From the NCBI GenBank assembly GCA_963803805.1, contig CAWDOD010000011.1, positions 64,001 through 128,000 on the forward strand: a stretch of 64,000 nucleotides of DNA. Reading direction: 5' to 3'. A program made the translations under genes and the position numbers. A model generated the notes under the pieces. That model ran no database searches and was not told the origin of the DNA. It was given only the letters and a program-made list of their open reading frames with translations. The stretch comes from an uncultured cyanobacterium. GTDB taxonomy: Bacteria; Cyanobacteriota; Cyanobacteriia; Cyanobacteriales; CAWCAG01. Of the stretch, positions 62,886 to 64,000 are shown piece by piece (positions within the stretch are counted from its first letter, which is position 1; each line of letters opens with the position of its first letter).

Positions 62886-64000
62886 ATGAAGATGACCGAA
62901 AGCCCTACAAATTCGACAGTTAGGGAAGACCAACAACCTGCTACAATAGTAGAGTTATTGCGCAATAAAGCAGCTCAGCAAGGCGACCAGCTAGCCTATA
63001 CATTTTTAATCGATGGTAAAAGAGAAGGGGACTGTGTAACCTATTCCCAACTCGATGCCCAAGCTAGAGCGATCGCCGCTTATCTGCAAAAGAATCAAGT
63101 TAAAGGAGAACGGGCGCTCCTCCTTTATCCTCAAGGTATTGAGGTGGTAGCTGCTTTTTGTGGCTGTCTCTATGCTGGGGTCATTGCTATCCCCGTCCCT
63201 CCCCCAGAATCTGGGCGTATGAAGCGCACTTTACCGAGATTAAGGTCAATTGTCAAAGATGCCCGCGCTTCTCTTGTTTTGACCACAGAAAGGATTTTGG
63301 AAACCATTGTTAATGTTCAGGAGGAGTTTCCTGAATTTGAGACAATGGAATGGATCGACACAGAAAAAATTGACTATCAGTTAGGGGAGAAATGGCAAGA
63401 TCCTCAAATAGATAAAGAGGCGATCGCCTATCTCCAATATACTTCTGGTTCTACTTCCACTCCCAAAGGGGTAATGCTCACCCACGGTAACTTAGTCTTC
63501 CACTGCGGCAACCTACAAAAAGCCTGTGGTTACGACGATAGTAGCATTACGGTTACTTGGATGCCCTATTTCCATGATTATGGGTTGGTAGAAGGGTTGA
63601 TGGTTCCTTTATTTAATGGAACTCCTTGTTACATCATGTCCCCCTTCGCCTTTGTGAAGCGTCCTTTGCGGTGGTTGCAAAGTATTAGTAAGTATAAGGC
63701 TACCCATAGCCAAGCCCCCAACTTTGCCTATGACCTTTCAGTACGCAAAATCAAACCGAAACAACTAGAAACTTTAGATTTGAGTTGTTGGGAAGCAGCA
63801 GGAAACGCGGCGGAACCCATTAACCCCAAGGTTATGGAAAATTTTTACCAAACCTTCGCCCCAACTGGTTTTCGCTGGAATGCCTTTGCCCCTGCCTATG
63901 GTTTAGCCGAAGCAACCTTGTTAGTTTCTACTAAACCTAAATTAACAGAACCTGTCATTGGTTACTTTGACTCTCAAGCCTTGGAACGGGATAAAATTAT
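62886..64000 (+). CDS. Fatty acyl-AMP ligase (FAAL) / PKS-NRPS loading module, truncated by the window edge
   Basis: GGAG RBS; AYTFLIDG, RALLLYPQG, GCLYAGVIAIP, YLQYTSGSTSTPKGV, WMPYFHDYGL, PNFAYDL, NAAEPI, PAYGLAEATL; not in the ORF track because no stop codon is in the window. Confidence 0.92.
   Translation, partial: MKMTESPTNSTVREDQQPATIVELLRNKAAQQGDQLAYTFLIDGKREGDCVTYSQLDAQARAIAAYLQKNQVKGERALLLYPQGIEVVAAFCGCLYAGVIAIPVPPPESGRMKRTLPRLRSIVKDARASLVLTTERILETIVNVQEEFPEFETMEWIDTEKIDYQLGEKWQDPQIDKEAIAYLQYTSGSTSTPKGVMLTHGNLVFHCGNLQKACGYDDSSITVTWMPYFHDYGLVEGLMVPLFNGTPCYIMSPFAFVKRPLRWLQSISKYKATHSQAPNFAYDLSVRKIKPKQLETLDLSCWEAAGNAAEPINPKVMENFYQTFAPTGFRWNAFAPAYGLAEATLLVSTKPKLTEPVIGYFDSQALERDKI

Overview
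AT-rich chromosomal segment of a cyanobacterium. Evidence: abundant HIP1 octamers GCGATCGC (e.g. 1261, 1771, 11716), heptamer tandem repeats, and cyanobacterial gene families such as FurC, SpkA, Uma2, XisI and DUF2605/DUF2973. Most of the window is housekeeping and signalling genes: pyrG, thiG, lysC, fbaB, trpB, truB, pyk, anmK, mntC/mntA, three Ser/Thr kinases and a hybrid His-kinase/adenylate cyclase. The left end (1-7200) is accessory: a PIN-type TA pair, a secreted TPR protein, a stand-alone PLD-nuclease/SNF2-helicase fusion and a cluster of gene fragments and MITEs. The right end has an Sfp-type PPTase and the start of a fatty acyl-AMP ligase gene, probably the beginning of a PKS/NRPS locus. 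No rRNA, tRNA or CRISPR array was seen. Signals not shown by the ORF track: (i) a ~310-bp internally deleted IS200/IS605 element (28200-28515) that kept both ends and the tnpB 3' tail, a candidate stand-alone omega/reRNA locus next to a small basic protein with a structured leader; (ii) a P450 gene with an internal deletion of ~140-150 codons that still has its TetR gene and a palindromic operator; (iii) single-base frameshifts in the PIN gene and the DICT-HD gene; (iv) a MITE whose removal restores a reading frame; (v) IS982-like ends 12 bp from the lysC start; (vi) operons lacking their usual partner gene (mntB, RND adaptor, tldD), the latter two with repeat remnants at the break. Family assignments come from motif recognition by eye, not from database searches.
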